Shown here: positions 34,601 to 36,439 of the stretch, one piece after another
Numbering within the stretch: position 1 is the stretch's first letter
How the letters are laid out: each line of letters opens with the position of its first letter
From: Phoronis australis
Lineage: Eukaryota > Animalia > Phoronida
DNA: 36,439 nt
Assembly (NCBI GenBank): GCA_002633005.1
Contig: NMRA01000298.1
Span: 71,791-108,229, forward strand
Reading direction: 5' to 3'
Program-made: the position numbers and the translations under genes
Notes under the pieces: generated by a model
The model's input: the letters and a program-made list of their open reading frames with translations, nothing else
Told to the model about the DNA's origin: nothing
Databases searched by the model: none

Positions 34601-36110
34601 TCCGCTTGCACAGTTGGCGTGTGAGCACTCGCTGCTCGTGTCCGCTTGGTTGTTGACATTTCCCTGAAAACAACAAAATGCTTATGTCTACAATGTACTC
34701 GATTGCATTAAGTTGTTACTACAAAAAAATAAGTTGTTATTGCAAACTCTCTCTTGGTCTCGGTTTACTTGCCTTCTCCGCGATATTTGCTAACGAGGTT
34801 AATTTTAAATTAGGGGGTTCAGGGTATTCGCCCCACGGACACACCCAAAAAATAATAATCTGTCAGTGATGACATTTTGGGCGCGGTATATTTTGTGTCG
34901 ACAAATGGGGTTGATTTCGTAACAGCATTATAGGAAAGGAATGCCCGTGCCCTGCTAAAGGTTCTTAGAACAAAAATATTGATACATGTATATTCCACCA
35001 AAAACGACGAAGACATTACCTAACGGTCCTTCCCAAAACCTTTCATGAAATCTAGGCCAACATAATTTGAGTTGCCTTAGGGGGTTCCTTCGGCGATTTC
35101 CCTCACATGAGGATGCTGAGACACAGATCGGAGTTAGCGCCTGGGGCCGCGTGCGCAAACAACGCAGAATTAACTCAATTCTGTACCACATGGTTCGAAT
35201 GAAGGTGAAAACAATTCTCCGCGTCTGAGCACCAAGGTGAATGAATTTGGATTTAGCGTAAATAAGATGATTTCATTCTCGACTGCTGAAAATCCATCGT
35301 TTGTATTTTCTTCATGTTCATAACGCCTATACCGACACTATATACCGACATCCCCTTGTATCGTACCTCTGACAGAAGTTCAAGATAGATACAAATAACA
35401 AATAAACGGTCACGTCATTCTACAAGTCTACCAAAATCTAATGTTCGCTATTACCAACTTACTGGGTTGAACCAATAAACGAACTAAAAATGGTTCCCAC
35501 ATGTTGAGCTTAGCAGATAGACAGATATTGTTATGGTCTGGCAAACAGCTAGTAAGCTTCTTAGGCTAGCTTTTCTGAAGAGTTGCATGTATGTATTTGA
35601 GTTATTTTGTTAATTTACGCGAACACGACAATAACGTAAGTGTATTGAGTAAAACATGTACTCGTTTTCCGAACAGTTACTGTGTGCATTTGGAAAACAA
35701 AAAACTTCTGATATAACACATACTCTGTCTGATTCAAAGTTGCCGATTCTGATGGGGCCTCTTATCTTCCCACCATCGTTCACAATTTGTTCTCGTGACT
35801 CAATCTCGTGGTTGCTTTCCTGGGATAAGTAACACACCCCTGTGTCTTTTTCGTAATAAGCCGAACTGCAAGCTGTATCTCTCCTGCAATAAACCGCGCA
35901 TTCTATCTGGCTTCTGATGCTTCCAATGTTCCTATAGGATGATGGTAAAAACGAACTGGATGTATTCGACACAGTAGCTGTAAATCCGGGACTTATCACT
36001 GAGCAGGTGGTGACTGTTTCGGCAAATAACGTTTCCGACATAGACTCGCAAACAAAGCAGGTGGAAATAGCGGCAACAAACGAGATAATATAACAAGCAA
36101 GTACAGCCAT
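642..36110 (-). CDS. 12-exon gene for a secreted multidomain protein (SP-PAN-Cys-rich-CTHRC1_C-FN2-CTHRC1_C-CTHRC1_C), 678 aa; join complement(35724..36110,34552..34663,33613..33707,33196..33394,31037..31195,29945..30112,26836..26918,14586..14787,6590..6742,5011..5117,2461..2686,642..787)
   Basis: All 11 introns are GT..AG and phases match at each junction (0,1,0,1,1,1,0,1,1,0,1). Exon lengths sum to 2037 nt with no internal stop. The spliced translation rebuilds three complete CTHRC1-type domains across exon junctions. No transcript evidence is available. Confidence 0.85.
2461..2686 (-). CDS. Exon 11: core of CTHRC1-like domain 3
   Basis: SVTYNKKSSQSLLSVHFNGALRQYQSSYDTPGCARWYLSFNGAECSTPGKIATIVYQ...DNQHHASS. 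Acceptor ttactcgcag|, donor T|gtaagt. Confidence 0.92.
5011..5117 (-). CDS. Exon 10: start of CTHRC1-like domain 3 (VATRDGSVQRLPEYNFHQWWWWAVNDGTNNGHIGSI)
   Basis: Acceptor tttctaatgatag|, donor ATT|gtgagt, phase 1 to 0. Positionally homologous to exons 3 and 7. Confidence 0.82.
5412..6406. mobile_element. Non-autonomous DNA transposon/MITE-like element with repeated GGGGAAATTCGGAC motif
   Basis: Left AGTTCGGGTAAATTCGGAC is an imperfect inverted match to right GTCCGAGTTTCCCCGAACT. The motif recurs at about 5607-5692 (4 copies) and about 6019. No clear TSD; family not assigned. Confidence 0.6.
6590..6742 (-). CDS. Exon 9: end of CTHRC1-like domain 2
   Basis: IDGMCNNIAVGRRSVEIHIARLAGSMDGYTGWNQRNRVIVEEIRYDLDVSA carries the hallmark D..TGWN...R.I.EE. 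Acceptor tctacacag|, donor CAG|gtacag. Confidence 0.88.
6952..10064 (+). mobile_element. Degenerate Academ-like DNA transposon
   Basis: Perfect 16-bp TIR TAGTCGGTGGGCCAGA/TCTGGCCCACCGACTA. Further subterminal inverted match (about 7032-7062 vs 9918-9948). 3-bp TSD TTA on both sides. Cys-rich remnant near the right end. Confidence 0.75.
8990..9271 (+). pseudogene. Frameshifted C-terminal remnant of an Academ-type transposase (Cys8/CXC zinc cluster)
   Basis: Plus-strand frames give PSLIDHSWLLGGGALQLKCM, then RCKCKKNMCASKLSLCCNAGSNCTD, then after a shift CSCDNCSN. This resembles the PSP..HGW......L...W...CxCK..C....CxC......CT..CxC..CxN tail. Stops and frameshifts are present. Confidence 0.65.
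11505..11939. repeat. Inverted repeat (arms about 115 bp, spacer about 200 bp) with a degenerate hammerhead-like core; possible Penelope-like element terminal repeats
   Basis: 11505-11621 is the reverse complement of 11826-11939 (e.g. CTGAGACGCGATTCAT and CACTAACCGGCAATACAA). The arms contain CTGATAA-TGGTCTTATGTAAACC-GAAACGTT (minus) and CCGATGA-TGGTTTT..AAACC-AAAACGTT (plus). Confidence 0.6.
12303..13437. mobile_element. Non-autonomous DNA transposon with long imperfect TIRs (about 200 bp) and TAG...CTA termini
   Basis: TAGTTGAGTCGAAAAATGACTCCCCATGCACCCCCGAACTTC versus the inverse of GAAGTCCGGGGGTGCACGGGGTGCCATTTTTCGACTAAACTA. A second matching block is GATGTTAACAAGCCGAAAA..GTCCCACG..TTTTATGCAAA. 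Flanks TTT/TTA are an imperfect TSD. Confidence 0.75.
14586..14787 (-). CDS. Exon 8: core of CTHRC1-like domain 2 (divergent)
   Basis: TFYYYKRAADTAIRVMFLANIYLYQFGLLRYSVRFDGHACSNPGAIDGIYAHWDPEVVDATHDGTGG. Acceptor atcattccag|, donor A|gtacgt, phase 0 to 1. Confidence 0.85.
14972..20714 (-). mobile_element. Tandem/nested array of Helentron-like non-autonomous elements (HINE/DINE-1-type), block 1
   Basis: Unit boundaries at about 15425, 16377, 17543, 18752 and 20080. One end is AACTAG + hairpin TTATTGTCAC-GGC-GTGACAATAA + subTIR ACTCTGCGCGTG. The other end is (AAGAAT)n + hairpin TACTCTGCGC-TTACAC-GCGCAGAGTA. Internal tandem monomer of about 430 bp. Confidence 0.7.
21130..26026 (-). mobile_element. 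Helentron-like array, block 2
   Basis: Same unit structure, with boundaries at about 21928, 22897, 24070 and 25392. It has one fewer ~1.2-kb unit than block 1. Confidence 0.7.
26836..26918 (-). CDS. Exon 7: start of CTHRC1-like domain 2 (TCPKLSRFNIKQYTWTGANGSDGGHIY)
   Basis: Acceptor ttttttcttcaag|, donor TAC|gtaagt. NIKQYTW corresponds to CTHRC1 NYKQCSW. Not in the ORF track. Confidence 0.85.
27252..29112 (+). repeat. 930-bp tandem duplication separated by a single N (27252-28181 / 28183-29112)
   Basis: Both copies are 930 bp, start AACGCCGATGGGAG and end GATTTTCGCTTA. I saw scattered substitutions only. Confidence 0.95.
29256..29705. mobile_element. Degenerate MITE-like element (CACTGGCGGATCTAGG...G-run end)
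   Basis: The left end resembles the 34324 MITE terminus and is followed by poly-G. The putative right end GCGCCCCCCCAAATTCGC is only weakly complementary. Confidence 0.35.
29945..30112 (-). CDS. Exon 6: fibronectin type II domain
   Basis: TYGGNAGGSSCSSPFVYKGVTYSECTKTNHDKPWCSTTSDYDSDRRWGNC is a canonical FN2 pattern (4 Cys, PF.Y.G..Y..CT, WC.TT.DYD.D..WG.C). Symmetric phase 1-1 exon, attcgcag| ... G|gtaaga. Confidence 0.93.
31037..31195 (-). CDS. Exon 5: end of CTHRC1-like domain 1
   Basis: VDGICDLHQAGDIVIKFNVGACSGYSVPDSQTGWGSNVGASMTVEE matches VEGLCEGI.AG.V...I.VGTCSDY...DASTGWNS.SRIIIEE. Acceptor ttcattctag|, donor G|gtgagt. Confidence 0.9.
31495..31604. repeat. Compound (CA)n/(CACG)n microsatellite
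   Basis: Directly visible CA tracts interrupted by two AAACGCACACGCACG units. Confidence 0.97.
33196..33394 (-). CDS. Exon 4: core of CTHRC1-like domain 1
   Basis: SKTFKKQYSYTSLRVSFRGVVRSSYNCSGCCSRWFFTFNDQECPSPGKIEIAWY matches the CTHRC1 pattern FTK..SALRV.FSG.LR..C..CCQRWYFTFNGAECSGP.PIE. Acceptor tgtttcag|, donor G|gtgagc. Confidence 0.92.
33613..33707 (-). CDS. Exon 3: start of CTHRC1-like domain 1 (PYKECDEVPVANIRHYYYVNFGSSTDNGNLM)
   Basis: Acceptor aaacacag|, donor ATG|gtaagt. Aligns with the CTHRC1 segment NYKQCSW...DLGKI. Confidence 0.8.
34324..34476. mobile_element. 153-bp MITE with 5-bp target-site duplication GTTCC
   Basis: TIR CAGGGGCGGA.../...TCCGCCACTG, flanked immediately on both sides by GTTCC. 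Confidence 0.75.
34552..34663 (-). CDS. Exon 2: Cys-rich linker (GNVNNQADTSSECSHANCASGDKACMKDCTNNVGICV)
   Basis: Acceptor ttgttttcag|, donor G|gtgaga, phase 0 to 1, which bridges exons 1 and 3. Five regularly spaced Cys. Confidence 0.75.
35724..36110 (-). CDS. Exon 1: signal peptide + PAN/apple domain
   Basis: ATG in aagATGG context. Hydrophobic N-terminus MAVLACYIISFVAAISTCFVC. PAN-type motif SQIECAVYCRRDTACSSAYYEKDTGVCYLS. Phase-0 donor AGA|gtatgt. Confidence 0.8.
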
Positions 36111-36439
36111 CTTGTTCTGGGCGTCGAAAATATGAATGCCTCTCTGTAATGATGCAAGACAGTCTCGCTGACACAATGGAGTTATGTACTAGCGATGAAT
36201 TACGGGATGAGAGATTCAAATCATCCGAAAGACAACGATCATTCGATAAGTTTTGCGCTCAACTTAATCTTGAACGAATTAATTTTGTTTGTTTCGTCTG
36301 CTTGGGTATCATCATGTCGTGAACACATCCACTACCACAAGAAACTGTAGGAACACCGCATTTATCCACCTTCACTCTTATCAGGCTTCTATTGTGAGTC
36401 AGCATGCGTGAATAATTGGCTGATAAGCCACCTCTGGGA

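Noticed and set aside
642-36110. Assigning the gene symbol CTHRC1
   Set aside because: It shares only the C-terminal domain type; the missing collagen helix and different architecture leave orthology unsupported.
36111-36176. Upstream extension of ORF 35610..36176
   Set aside because: It begins at a non-ATG codon; the ATG at 36110 has good context and directly precedes the signal peptide.

Overview
AT-rich eukaryotic (invertebrate metazoan-like) genomic DNA, not prokaryotic. Nearly the whole window is one 12-exon protein-coding gene on the minus strand (ATG at 36110, TAA at 642-644). I assembled it by hand: all introns are GT-AG with matching phases, giving a 2037-nt CDS and 678 aa. The predicted protein is secreted: signal peptide - PAN/apple - short Cys-rich linker - CTHRC1 C-terminal-like domain 1 - fibronectin type II - CTHRC1-like domain 2 - CTHRC1-like domain 3, with no collagen Gly-X-Y helix. 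The ORF track misses several of these exons. The introns hold a degenerate Academ-like DNA transposon, several MITE-like elements, an inverted repeat with a hammerhead-like (Penelope-type) core, an ~11 kb array of Helentron-like non-autonomous elements, and two duplications that abut single-N gaps (possibly assembly artefacts). The palindrome TACATGTA is strongly enriched, and paralog comparisons show it arising by 6-bp insertion at TA, as expected for Tc1/mariner excision footprints. All domain and family calls come from motif recognition by eye; no database search was run.
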